64,000 nt of DNA, from the NCBI GenBank assembly GCA_963776285.1, contig CAVZLW010000007.1, positions 185,415 through 249,414 on the forward strand. Reading direction: 5' to 3'. Source of the DNA: an uncultured Chloroflexia bacterium (GTDB lineage Bacteria; Chloroflexota; Limnocylindria; Limnocylindrales; CSP1-4). The position numbers and the translations under genes are program-made. The stretch's first letter is position 1. Each line of letters begins with the position of its first letter. The notes under the pieces were generated by a model. It searched no databases, had not been told where the DNA came from, and saw only the letters and a list, made by a program, of their open reading frames with translations. Of this stretch, positions 8,672 through 18,369 are shown one piece after another.

Positions 8672-10237
8672 GTGGGCCCGGCAGATAGAACGATGACCGC
8701 CTCGTCGATTGCGCCAACGGCCGTCGTGTGGTTCCGGCGCGACCTCCGCCTGCACGACCATCCGGCGCTCGACGCGGCACTCGCGCAGGCCGACCGCGTC
8801 GCGCCCCTGTTCGTCCTCGATCCCGCCCTGATTGCCGGCCGCTGGCGGTCGCCGAACCGGACCTGGTTCATGCTCGCCTCTCTCGCCGAGCTGGCGGCGT
8901 CGCTCGAGACAGCCGGATCGGCACTCGCCGTCCGGGTCGGGCGCCCGGACGAGGTTGTGCCGGCGTTTGCGCAGGAGGTCGGGGCGAGGGCGGTCCACGT
9001 GAGCCGCGACTACGCGCCCTACGGACGAGCCCGGGACCGGCGGGTCGCCGGGGCGCTCCGGGAGGCCGGGGTCCCGCTCCACGCCACGCGAGGCAACCTC
9101 ATCCATGAACCCGAGGATCTCGCGACGCGGTCGGGCACGCCGTACCGGGTCTTCGGCCCCTTCCACCGGGCGTGGTCGACCCTCTCGGTCAGGACACCGC
9201 TCGCCGCGCCGACGGTCATCCCGACCGACACGTCCCAGGCTCGCGCCCGGCCGAGGATGGGGACGGCCGACGGCCGGATCTCGGCCTGGCTCGACGCGCT
9301 CCGAGAGCACGGCGTCGACGCGGCGCAGGTGGAGAGCCTCGCCTCTCCGACCGCCGAGCCCAGTCTCGTCCCCGACCCCGGCGAGTCCGCGGCGCGACTC
9401 CGGCTCGCGCGCTGGACAGGGGCCGCCGGCGACCGGCCACCTCGCGTGCTGGACTACGAGCGCGGCCGGGACCTCCTCGGGATCGATGCAACCTCCCGCC
9501 TCAGCCAGGATCTCCGGTGGGGACTCCTCTCGCCGGTCGAGGTCGCGAGCCGTGTCTTCGCCGCGGGACCGGAACCGGGAGCAGACCGCTTCGTCGCCGA
9601 GCTCGCGTGGCGCGACTTCTACGCCCACGTCCTGTGGCACGACCCGGAGTCCGCCCGCCGGGCGACACGCCGCGTCTACGACGCCGTCCCCTGGCGAGAC
9701 GACCCGGCCGCGGTCGACGCCTGGACCGACGGGTCGACCGGCTATCCGGTGGTCGACGCCGCAATGCGCCAGCTGCGTGCGACAGGCTGGATGCACAACC
9801 GCGCCCGGATGATCGTCGCGTCGTTCCTGACCAAGGATCTCCTCGTCGACTGGCGGGTCGGGGAGGCTTGGTTCATGCGTCATCTCCTCGACGGCGATCC
9901 GGCCAGCAACAACGGCGGCTGGCAGTGGGCAGCCTCAACCGGGACGGATGCCCAGCCGTACTTCCGGGTGTTCGACCCCGTGGCTCAGGGGCGCCGCTTC
10001 GACCCCGATGGCGCCTACGTCCGTCGCTGGGTACCGGAGCTCGCCGGTGTCCCAGTCGAGTACCTCCACGCACCCTGGACGATGCCGGACGCCGCCCGGG
10101 CCGCACCGGGCTGCCGGATCGGCCTCGACTACCCTGCGCCGATCGTCGACCATCGCGACGCCCGCCGCCGCGCGATCGAGGCGTACGCGTCCGTCCGCGC
10201 TGGCCAGGGCCGGGTTTCGGGGCCCGAATCCCGATGA
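8672..10237 (+). CDS. phr: Deoxyribodipyrimidine photolyase / cryptochrome family protein
   Basis: N-terminal photolyase domain VVWFRRDLRLHDHPAL and a C-terminal FAD-binding domain (WREFY-like, GWMHNRARMIVASFL, TGTDAQPYFRVFDP). An alternative start at 8693 is possible. Confidence 0.85.
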   Translation: MGPADRTMTASSIAPTAVVWFRRDLRLHDHPALDAALAQADRVAPLFVLDPALIAGRWRSPNRTWFMLASLAELAASLETAGSALAVRVGRPDEVVPAFAQEVGARAVHVSRDYAPYGRARDRRVAGALREAGVPLHATRGNLIHEPEDLATRSGTPYRVFGPFHRAWSTLSVRTPLAAPTVIPTDTSQARARPRMGTADGRISAWLDALREHGVDAAQVESLASPTAEPSLVPDPGESAARLRLARWTGAAGDRPPRVLDYERGRDLLGIDATSRLSQDLRWGLLSPVEVASRVFAAGPEPGADRFVAELAWRDFYAHVLWHDPESARRATRRVYDAVPWRDDPAAVDAWTDGSTGYPVVDAAMRQLRATGWMHNRARMIVASFLTKDLLVDWRVGEAWFMRHLLDGDPASNNGGWQWAASTGTDAQPYFRVFDPVAQGRRFDPDGAYVRRWVPELAGVPVEYLHAPWTMPDAARAAPGCRIGLDYPAPIVDHRDARRRAIEAYASVRAGQGRVSGPESR

Positions 10238-10614
10238 CCTTCGCAGGTGGCGACGATCGACCAGTCCACCCCTGCTCAGGCCGCAGGAGTGGGTGTGAGA
10301 ACCGTCATGACCGCGACGAAGGCGTCGCTCGCCGCGGTCCACCACGACAAGCGGCCGGTCGCCAAGGGCGGGGAGACCGCTCGCCACATCAAGGATGCCA
10401 TCGAGCCGCGCGAACTCGTCACCGAAGCTCGACACGCCCGACTGCATCCTGGTCAGGAATAGAGAAGCGGTTGGCGCCGCAGTCAGTCAGAGTCCACGCC
10501 ACATAGCCGTCCGACATCGTCGCCAGGACGGTCATGCGCCCGCGATGATCTCGCGATCGGGTGGGCAGTTCCGGAAGTCACGGGTCTCCGTTCTGAAGCA
10601 CAGAGGAGCGTGTC

Positions 10615-11079
10615 ATGTCCTATGTCGTGGATTTCAGCAGCGTCTCGACGATCGGCCTGGAGTCGTCACCGGTCGCGCCCGCGCTCGCCGGTCTGCGGGC
10701 GAACGAGGCCCGCTACTTCAAGAACAAGTACGACCACGACTTCACCGTGGAACCGGCGAGCGAGGCCCACGAGACGATCGACTACGTGCACGGCATCCTC
10801 GAGGCGGAGCGCGGCCTCGTCATCTCGTCCCGCCCGCTCGAGGCGACGGCCTTCCAGGTCGAGAACATCCGGTGGGCGTACGTGTTCTACGAGAGCGGCC
10901 TGTCGATCAACGTGCTGTACACCCTCGACGACGCCGGCAAGCGTGCGGTCGGGTTCAAGCTCTCCGACGGGATGGAGGTCCCCGCCGAGCTCGCCTCGCG
11001 GTTCAAGTTCGCACGCCAGAAGTCGAAGCTGGCCGGAACCATCCGCGGCTCGTTCTTCGTGATCAAGGGCGAGTACTGA
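10615..11079 (+). CDS. Hypothetical protein with atypical composition (possibly horizontally acquired)
   Basis: RBS AGAGGAG. The 154-aa product is rich in F/Y/K/N/S. Local GC is ~58% against ~72% in the flanks. No family recognised. Confidence 0.55.
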   Translation: MSYVVDFSSVSTIGLESSPVAPALAGLRANEARYFKNKYDHDFTVEPASEAHETIDYVHGILEAERGLVISSRPLEATAFQVENIRWAYVFYESGLSINVLYTLDDAGKRAVGFKLSDGMEVPAELASRFKFARQKSKLAGTIRGSFFVIKGEY

Positions 11080-11491
11080 TCTCCGCCTGGACGAAGGTCG
11101 GCGTCCGATCACGAGGGGCGCCTCCGGGGGCCGCCCTGCTGGGCGGGAAGGCGACGAGGGCGCAGCAGCCGACGAGCACCGCGACGACGACGACCAGGGA
11201 CCTGACCGTCGCTGATGGAACGCCGGTCGCAGCGGCGCCGAACCAGACCGAGGTGATGATGGCCGCGCCGAGCGCACCCGCGAGTTGTTGCACCGCGCTG
11301 AGCGACCCGCTCGCCGACCCTGCCTCCTTCTGGTCCACGTCGCCGACTGCGATGTCGAACAGGGTGCCGATGCACAGTCCCATGCCCAGCCCGGTGACGA
11401 ACATCGGGGGAACCAGCGACCAGGTTCCGATGGACGTGCCCTGGGCAGCGACGACCGCGGTCAGGATGACCACACCGGCAGCCGTCACCAC
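11063..11491 (-). pseudogene. 3'-terminal fragment of an MFS (DHA-type) transporter gene
   Basis: The 142-aa ORF corresponds only to the last ~4 TM helices of an MFS pump (GLGMGLCIGTLFDIAVG...). No N-terminal half is present upstream in any frame. It lies immediately downstream of a TetR gene on the same strand. Confidence 0.55.
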
Positions 11492-11599
11492 CAGCCCGGC
11501 GAGGACGAGCTAGCGTCCGAGGCGCCCCATGAACGGTGCGGCCACGGGCCAAGGCTCCGAGGCCTCATACGTGCATGTCGGGCTGGCTCCCTACGGGTA

Positions 11600-11669
11600 T
11601 CGGGATCGTGCCCCACGTCACCGTCCTCGCGGGGATCGGTCAGCCGCATGCGCGGGGCCAGCTGGCCCC
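11600..11669 (+). repeat. ~70-bp duplicated fragment of a DUF4260-type gene (second copy of 3086..3155)
   Basis: tcgggatcgtgccccacGTCACCGTcctcgcggggatcggtcagccgcATGCGCGGggccagctggcccc is ~85% identical to 3086..3155 inside the nitroreductase-DUF4260 fusion. It would encode GIVPHVTVLAGIGQPHARGQLAP. Confidence 0.6.
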
Positions 11670-12301
11670 CCCTCGCCTCGAGGCTCGTCCGGCACCATCG
11701 CGTGGTCGAACCGGTCCGCGGCGACGCCGGCGCGAACGAGGTGCAGCCGAAGCACATCGACTGCGGCGGCCCGGACCGACACCGGGTCTGCCGCAAGCCC
11801 CGTGGTCGGACCCGCGACGATGATGGCGAGCACTCGGCGGGCAAGCTCGCGGGCGCCGGCGGGCTCGAGGTTCGGCGCGGCGGCGACGATGACGCGCCCG
11901 AAGATCGCCTCTCCCTGGCCGAAGAACCCGGCGAGCTGCGGCTGGGACAGGGGCCGTCCCACCTCGCGCGCAAGGTCGACCGCCAGCAGGTAGGTCGGCA
12001 TGACCTCGATGACGACGTCGACGGTCATCCGCAGCTGGACCAGCGGGTCGATGTCGGGGTCGATCCGCGTCGAGTCCCAGTCGAGGTGATCCTCGTCGAT
12101 GAGGAATGTCGCGAACGCTGCCTTGGACGGGAAGTAGTGGTAGAGGGCGGCCGGGCTGAGGTGGCACGCATGGGCGAGCGCCTTGATCGTCGCGCCGCGA
12201 TAGCCGTTCGCGCGGAAGACCGGCGCCGCAAGGCGGAAGAGCTCGTGGCGGCGGCCCGGGATGCCGGCCGCGAGCGCCGGGTCGAACGGCAGCCAGGTCA
12301 C
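11618..12301 (-). CDS. TetR family transcriptional regulator (C-terminal ~17 aa read through the duplicated fragment)
   Basis: HTH is AAPVFRANGYRGATIKALAHACHLSPAALYHYFPSKAAF. 227 aa with an unusual Gly/Pro/Arg-rich tail encoded antisense to the 11600..11669 repeat. Confidence 0.7.
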   Translation of the reverse strand: MTWLPFDPALAAGIPGRRHELFRLAAPVFRANGYRGATIKALAHACHLSPAALYHYFPSKAAFATFLIDEDHLDWDSTRIDPDIDPLVQLRMTVDVVIEVMPTYLLAVDLAREVGRPLSQPQLAGFFGQGEAIFGRVIVAAAPNLEPAGARELARRVLAIIVAGPTTGLAADPVSVRAAAVDVLRLHLVRAGVAADRFDHAMVPDEPRGEGGPAGPAHAADRSPRGR

Positions 12302-12469
12302 GGCTCACCCGTCCGTGCGCCGAAGGGTCTCCCTGACCAGCGTCCTGCTCCATCGCGCGGATTGTGCGCCACCCGCCCGCGGGAGGCGCCGGATGGATCC
12401 GAGCGTGCTCGCTGCGCCCGGCGGACGCGAGATCCGATCCGATGGAGACCAGGTCTAGAGGTCGGCTGG

Positions 12470-12968
12470 CTAGCGGTAGCCGCGCAGCGCCGCGACCGGC
12501 GCGAGCGCGGCGATGGCGAGGCGCGTCACGGGCCAGGGCGGACTCGAGGGACGGATCTCGCGACCGAAGGCCCGGAAGAGGACCGGAAGGTGGAGCGGCT
12601 TCGGCATGCCGCCCTTGCCAAGCTTTCCCTCGTTGGCGAGTCGGAAGAGGACCTCGAAGAGATGGCGAGTCTCGAGGGCGGGCCCGAAGGTCTCGACGTA
12701 GTGGGCCTCGGTGTCGGTCGGGTTCCAGAAGCGATGGTTCGGTGGCCGGTGGGATGGTCACCGTCTCGCCCGGTCCCGCCCGGAACTCCTTCCCGTCGAC
12801 CCAGAACGCGAGCTCGCCCGAGATGATCTCGAACCCGCTCACCTGCTCGGGATGGGTGTGGTTCGGCTCGCGCTCTTCGCTCGCCGGGCTCCAGCACTCG
12901 ATCCGCAGGGTCTGACGGCTCCCCGGGGCGACGGGACGGTCGCCCGGTTCGGGGTCGATGAAGCGCAT
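12470..12968 (-). pseudogene. Cupin-domain protein gene with a +1/-1 frameshift near 12745
   Basis: The N-terminal part (MRFIDPEPGD...HTHPEQVSGFEIISGELAFWVDGKEFRAGPGETVTIPP) is in one frame. The family-typical continuation (HRFWNPTDTEAHYVETFGPALETRHLFEVLFRLANEGK...RGYR-stop at 12470-12472) is in another. Same family as the intact cupin at 61243..61740. Confidence 0.55.
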
Positions 12969-13512
12969 CCGTTGTCCGGTGCGCTGGTTGACGATGAACG
13001 ACTGGTCCACGCAGGCCTCCTCGGCAGCTATCGACACGACGCTGGGTCCCGCCTCAGGAGCGGCCCTCGCGGGGCGGCCGGCGGCGCAGCCCGACCGGCG
13101 TCGGTGCCGGTGTCCCGGCAGACGTCGAGCGGCGCGTCGAGGTGGATCGTCTCGCGAATGCGGCCCATGCCAGGCTCCCCACCAATCCCGAGTCTCCGGG
13201 TCGATCCCGATGGCCCCAAGTGGACCACGGCGGGTCCCGAATCCGGCAGGCGCTTCGTTCGAATCGGGCACTCGCCGAAGCCTCCGCCGGGGCGATGCCC
13301 CGGCTCCCACCAACCGCCGGCAGCAGGAGGCGCTCTGCTCCCCCGGCACGAGCCCCGCCACCGCCTCCTGCCGCAATGTCTGTCTCCTGATCGGGAGGCG
13401 TCGGAGCGTGGCGGGGCCGCGACGTGTCATCCGCGAGAGCATCGAAGATGACGGACCGCGATCTCGGGCCCGATCGGCATGTCGCACAATTGGCGGAAGA
13501 GGTGAGTCCGTG

Positions 13513-14244
13513 CCGAGCAGCCCCGACCGACACCCCGCCAGCGACCGCGGCGACGAGATCCCGAGCGTGCCGATCCGCGGGCTCGAGCGCACGGCGCCCC
13601 GCTCGGCGGGCCTCGCCGGGATCGTCTTCTCGGTCCTGTTCGTGGCATCCCTGCTGCTGGCCGGCTCCCGGCCACCGGAAGGTCTCGGCGACGCCGCATT
13701 CGTCGAGTGGTTCCAGGCGCAGGGGCTGGCCGCGGTCACCTTCTCGGCGCTCTACCTGGCGCCGTTCGCGGGGATCGCCTTCCTGTGGTTCATCGGCGTC
13801 ATCCGTCACCGCATCGGCGCTGGTGAGGATCAGTTCTTCGCGACGGTGTTCCTGGGAAGCGGCCTGCTCTTCGTCGCGATGTACTGGGCCGCGGCAGCCG
13901 TGCTCGCGAGCCTCGTCGCCGGCAACCGCTACGATGCCGCCCCGGCACTGGGCGCCGGTCGCATCGAGGAAGTGCGCTCGGTCGCCTTCTCCTTCCTGTT
14001 CGTGCTGGCTGCGCGCGCCGCTGCCGTCTTCATGATCACGACCTGCACGATCGCCCGGCGCACGGCGATCTTCCCGCGGCCGCTGACGCTCGCGGGCTAC
14101 GCCATCGCCATCCTGATGCTCCTGAGCCTCTCGTTCCTGCAGTGGATCGTGCTGCTCTTCCCGGTATGGGTCTGCGTGGCAAGCGGCTACATCCTCGTCG
14201 CCGAGCTGCGCACCCTCCGGGCGGCCCCCGGGCCGGCTGGCTGA
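13513..14244 (+). CDS. Hypothetical integral membrane protein
   Basis: GTG start with RBS GGAAGAGG. ~244 aa with 5-6 TM helices. The longer ATG-initiated ORF upstream is low-complexity. Confidence 0.5.
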   Translation, partial: PSSPDRHPASDRGDEIPSVPIRGLERTAPRSAGLAGIVFSVLFVASLLLAGSRPPEGLGDAAFVEWFQAQGLAAVTFSALYLAPFAGIAFLWFIGVIRHRIGAGEDQFFATVFLGSGLLFVAMYWAAAAVLASLVAGNRYDAAPALGAGRIEEVRSVAFSFLFVLAARAAAVFMITTCTIARRTAIFPRPLTLAGYAIAILMLLSLSFLQWIVLLFPVWVCVASGYILVAELRTLRAAPGPAG

Positions 14245-14339
14245 CGCTCACCAGCGCGTCGCAGCGCCCCGGGTCGCGAGCTCGCCGTCGTCTTCCGACG
14301 GTCGGCACCGATCGACTCCCGGGCCATCGCCCCGGCGTA

Positions 14340-15093
14340 GGATCGCCGTAACGGCTCGGTCAGCCACGACGTCAAGGCGGTCTACACCTACTACCTGGGC
14401 TTCTTCGACGGCAACCCGGCGACGCTCCACCAGCTGCCGCCGGTCGAGGGGGCCAGGAAGACGGTCGAGTACATGGGCGGCGCGGACGCCGTCCTGGCGC
14501 GAGCCCGCGCCGACTTCGAGAAGGGGGAGTACCGCTGGGTCGCGCAGGCGGTGAACAACGTCGTCTTCGCCGACCCGGACAATGCCGAGGCCCGCGCACT
14601 CCAGGCGGACGCCCTCGAGCAGCTCGGCTACCAGGCCGAGAACGGGACCTGGCGCAACTTCTACCTCTCTGCGGCGAAGGAGCTCCGCGACGGCGTCACG
14701 AAGGCCGCGGTGCCGAGCACCGCCTCGACCGACCTTGCGCGGGCGATGCCGTCGGCGATGATCCTGGACTACGTCGCCGTCCGCCTCAACGGGCCGGGTG
14801 CCGCGGACCTCGCCTACGTCTTCGACCTGTCGCTCAGCGACGTCGGCGAAAGGTATCTGCTCGAGGTCGGCAACGGCGTGCTGAACTACACCAGGGACGC
14901 CACGGTCGACCATCCCACCGCGACGGTCACGCTCACGCGTCAGGCACTCGTGGGGATCGTGATGGGCCTGGCGACCGTCGAGGACCTGGTCGCGGGCGGG
15001 TCCGTCGCGATCGACGGCGATGGAGCGGCTTTCGCGGACTTCCTCGGCCTGCTCGACAGCTTCGAGTTCTGGTTCAACATCGCCACACCGTGA
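14340..15093 (+). pseudogene. C-terminal fragment of an alkyl/aryl-sulfatase (SdsA1/BDS1-type) gene; the MBL-fold catalytic N-terminus is absent
   Basis: Reading starts directly after a TAG at 14337. The product contains the dimerisation-domain signature VKAVYTYYLGFFDGNPATLHQLPPVEGARKTVEYMGGADAVLARARADFEKGEYRWVAQAVNNVVFADP and an SCP2-like C-terminus. The ~400-aa N-terminal domain is missing. Confidence 0.6.
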
Positions 15094-15224
15094 GGCTCTC
15101 GCGGCCCGCCGACCGCCCGTCGGCCGGCCCCGGCGGGCCAGGCTCGGATAGAGTGCGCGGCGGGCGCCCTCGCGTCCTCGCGTCCTCGCCTCGATGGACC
15201 ACAACCTGCTTCGGAGGACGGCAC

Positions 15225-16019
15225 ATGCGCCGCATGCTCATCGGACTGGGGATCATCACCATCGGCGTCGTGGGCGCGGCCTGCTCCTCGACCGGTGGTG
15301 GTGGTTCCGCCTCGGCGGGCGGGACCGGCGGCACGCTCGACGGCACCGCCTGGACCCTGAAGACCTACGCCGTCGGCGGCACCGCGACCCCGGTGCCCGC
15401 CGGCATGGTCATCGACGCGAAGTTCGCCGGGGGCAAGGTCTCGGGCTTCGCCGGCTGCAACGTCTACACCGCCTCGGCCACGATCTCCGGGTCGACGCTC
15501 AAGATCGGCCAGGCCGCGACCACGTCGATGGCCTGCGATGAGGCCGTCAGCAAGGTGGAGACGGCGTATCTCGCGAACCTTGCCCAGGCTGCGACGTTCA
15601 CCGCGACGGCCGACAGCCTCACGATATTCGGCAGCGACGGCAAGCAGCTGCTCGTCTACGCCGCGGCATCCGCCAACCCGCTCGAGGGCGAGTGGAACGT
15701 GACCGGATACAACAACGGCAAGCAGGCTGTCACGTCGCCGATCGCCGGCACGACGCTGACCGCCACCTTCACGGCCGACGGCCAGGTCGGTGGGAACGCC
15801 GGCTGCAACAGCTACCACGGTCCCTACAAGCTTGACGGCACCTCGCTGACCGTCGGTCCGCTCGTCACGACGCGCATGGCCTGCGACCAGGCGATCATGG
15901 ACCAGGAGACAGCGTTCCTGGCCGCGCTCCAGACGCCCACCAAGGTCGAGACGTCGGGAGCCACCGTGAGCCTGCGCGATGCGTCCGGCGCCACCCAGGT
16001 GGTCCTGGGCCCGAAGTGA
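15225..16019 (+). CDS. Lipoprotein with two tandem META (HslJ-like, DUF306) domains
   Basis: RBS GGAGGA. Signal peptide with lipobox MRRMLIGLGIITIGVVGAAC. Two repeats each carry GxAGCN..., TxMAC and (D)EA/QA motifs. Confidence 0.8.
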   Translation: MRRMLIGLGIITIGVVGAACSSTGGGGSASAGGTGGTLDGTAWTLKTYAVGGTATPVPAGMVIDAKFAGGKVSGFAGCNVYTASATISGSTLKIGQAATTSMACDEAVSKVETAYLANLAQAATFTATADSLTIFGSDGKQLLVYAAASANPLEGEWNVTGYNNGKQAVTSPIAGTTLTATFTADGQVGGNAGCNSYHGPYKLDGTSLTVGPLVTTRMACDQAIMDQETAFLAALQTPTKVETSGATVSLRDASGATQVVLGPK

Positions 16020-16161
16020 CCGCCGCGTCGTACGTGGCACGACACGTCGATCGTGGTCGGAGAGGACGACGACCCGTATGCTCCTCGCGTCGTCGGCGCG
16101 ACAACCAGGGCCGCCCGGCCCGAGGTGGCTGTCCCTTCGCGCCGACGCGAGGAGGACGAGG

Positions 16162-16626
16162 ATGCCTTCGGCAACGCACACGGTGACGATCCATCGCCCG
16201 GCAAAGGAGGTGTTCTCCTTCGTCGCCGATGGCACGACCGCTCCCCGGTGGCGTCCGGGCGTGCTCGACATCACGCTCGCGTCGGGGTCCGGCGTCGGCG
16301 CGACCTACCGCCAGGGCGTCAAGGGACCGGGCGGCCGGCGCGTCGCCGCCGACTACGAGATCACCGTCTTCGAGCCCGACCGCAGGCTCGCCTTCCGGGC
16401 GATCGCGGGTCCGGTCCGGCCGACCGGCGAGTATCGCCTCGAGGAGACACCCGACGGGACGCGGCTGACCTTCTCGCTCGCCGTCGAGCTCTCGTTCTTC
16501 AAGCGGCTCGTGATGGCGGGCGCGGTCCAGAAGACGATGGACGCCGAAGCCTCGGCGACGGAGCGCCTGAAGCAGGTGCTCGAGGCGCAGGGGCCCGCCG
16601 CGACCGCAGGACCCGCCGGCGGCTGA
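16162..16626 (+). CDS. SRPBCC (polyketide cyclase/dehydrase-like) domain protein
   Basis: RBS GGAGGACGAGG. 154 aa (MPSATHTVTIHRPAKEVFSFVADGTTAPRWRPGV...). Confidence 0.7.
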   Translation: MPSATHTVTIHRPAKEVFSFVADGTTAPRWRPGVLDITLASGSGVGATYRQGVKGPGGRRVAADYEITVFEPDRRLAFRAIAGPVRPTGEYRLEETPDGTRLTFSLAVELSFFKRLVMAGAVQKTMDAEASATERLKQVLEAQGPAATAGPAGG

Positions 16627-17286
16627 GCCCGGCCTGGCCGCTGGAGGGCGCCCGACGATCGAGAACGTCGATCGTCCGGGCCAGTCGAGGACGGTGGACG
16701 CTGGGCTGTGTCGGGCGCAGCGGGACGCGTTCCCGGCCGTCCTGCCGACGTCGTCCAGCTCGAGGGTTGGCAGAGCCTACGACACCGCGGGTGCGGGAGA
16801 GCCATGCGCGCTCGCCCGGCGGTTGCGCACGAGTGCGCCGATCCAGATGAGCCCACCGGCGAGCAGGATCAGGGCCGGGATCCACGGCGTGGAGAGACCC
16901 AGCCAGGAGTCGGGGATCGTCGCCCAGTGATCCCAACGCCACCGGCCCGGCGGCCGGGCAGGTCGGCAGCGAGGTCGGTCCGGGCGGTACGACCACGAGC
17001 AGCAACTGCGCGCCTTCGGTGACTTCGAGCCGATCGCGCCACTGGACGATCTGCTCGACCGTCCGGCCTGGAAGTCGGCCAGGAGCTGCGAATAGGCAAG
17101 GGGCGGGCGCGCGGCGAATGGGCCGCGCGCGTCGATCACCCCGCCGATGATCCGGCCAGAGCAGGAAGCCCAGGCGATCCAGCGCGTGCGAGGCATTCGA
17201 CCAACCCTGGCTCGGGCGGCCCCTCCGCCCTCACACGATCTTCACGCACGCCACGGGTCAGGACAACGTGCCGATCGGCACAGACG

Positions 17287-17700
17287 TCAGGGCCGGCTCT
17301 CGGCCGCCCGCACGTCCTTGAGCCGGCGCCAGCCGCCCGCCCGGTTGTTCGCGACGATCTGTCTCAGGATGGCTGCCAGCGCCGTCGCGTTGATGGGCTC
17401 ACCCTGGCGGATCGCGATGGTCCGCGCGGTCAGGTTGTCGTGGCCACCGGTGATGATGCCGTCGGGGTCGGGGACGATGCCACCGTCGTACAGGAAGACG
17501 TTGACATGGTCCTTCGCCGCGAGCAGGGCGCAGATGTTGCCGTGCAGGACGAAGTAGGGACGGTTGGTCCGCTTGATCGTCTCGACGACCTCCGGGTCCG
17601 CCGCGTGAGCCAGCGCCCGAACCTCGCGGCAGATGGCCCGCTGCCAGTCCGGCAGCCCCTCGATGTAGGCGTCCACGCGCGGATCTGCCGTGTCGCTCAT
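17287..17700 (-). CDS. DUF1801 (YdhG-like) domain protein
   Basis: 138 aa (MSDTADPRVDAYIEGLPDWQRAICREVRALAH...KRTNRPYFVLHGNICALLAAKDHVNVFLYDG). Confidence 0.7.
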   Translation of the reverse strand: MSDTADPRVDAYIEGLPDWQRAICREVRALAHAADPEVVETIKRTNRPYFVLHGNICALLAAKDHVNVFLYDGGIVPDPDGIITGGHDNLTARTIAIRQGEPINATALAAILRQIVANNRAGGWRRLKDVRAAESRP

Positions 17701-17795
17701 CGCGCGATCATACGAGCCGACCTCGGCGATGGCGCAGGGTCGGCATCCGTCGCATCGGTCCCGGCACCGGAGCGCCGCCCTGGACCACGAGATCG

Positions 17796-18317
17796 TCAGT
17801 CCCCGCCCCCGGCGGGCGCGCCGGCCGGAACGGCGCTGAGCTCCGTGGCGATCGACGCGGCCCAGTCCCGCATCGCCGGCCAGTCTCGATGGTCTCCCCA
17901 GGGCGACGGGACCATCGAGACGATCCGCCGCTCGACGAAGCCGAGCTCCTTCTTGTCCGCCTTGCCGGGGAAGACCCGGTGCTCCCGTGCCCCGACGAGC
18001 TCGAGGAGCCTGGTGCCCTCGGCCGCGTCGGCGGGATCGACGATGTCGCGCCCGAGCGGCCCGCTCGAGAACAGCCACACGGAGCGCGTGCGCAGCGCAT
18101 CCGCGGAGCCCTTGACGAGGTCCCGAGCGGGCGCCATCCAGCGGCCCCAGTGGACCGCGCTCCCGACGATGACGGCGTCGTAGGGGGCGACGGACTCCAC
18201 GTCCTGGGCGTCGACGACCTCGACCTCGATGCCCGCCTCGCGGACGGTCTCGGCGATCCAGCCGGCGATCTCCCTGGTGCTGCCGTGCTTCGACGACACG
18301 GCGATCAGCGTCTTCAT
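17796..18317 (-). CDS. Flavodoxin-family protein
   Basis: RBS AGGAGGGAA. MKTLIAVSSKHGSTREIAGWIAE...YDAVIVGSAVHWGRWM. Confidence 0.75.
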   Translation of the reverse strand: MKTLIAVSSKHGSTREIAGWIAETVREAGIEVEVVDAQDVESVAPYDAVIVGSAVHWGRWMAPARDLVKGSADALRTRSVWLFSSGPLGRDIVDPADAAEGTRLLELVGAREHRVFPGKADKKELGFVERRIVSMVPSPWGDHRDWPAMRDWAASIATELSAVPAGAPAGGGD

Positions 18318-18369
18318 GGCGTTTCCCTCCTGGGACGCGCGACTCTTGCCCGGAGCTCGAGGCCGTCGC

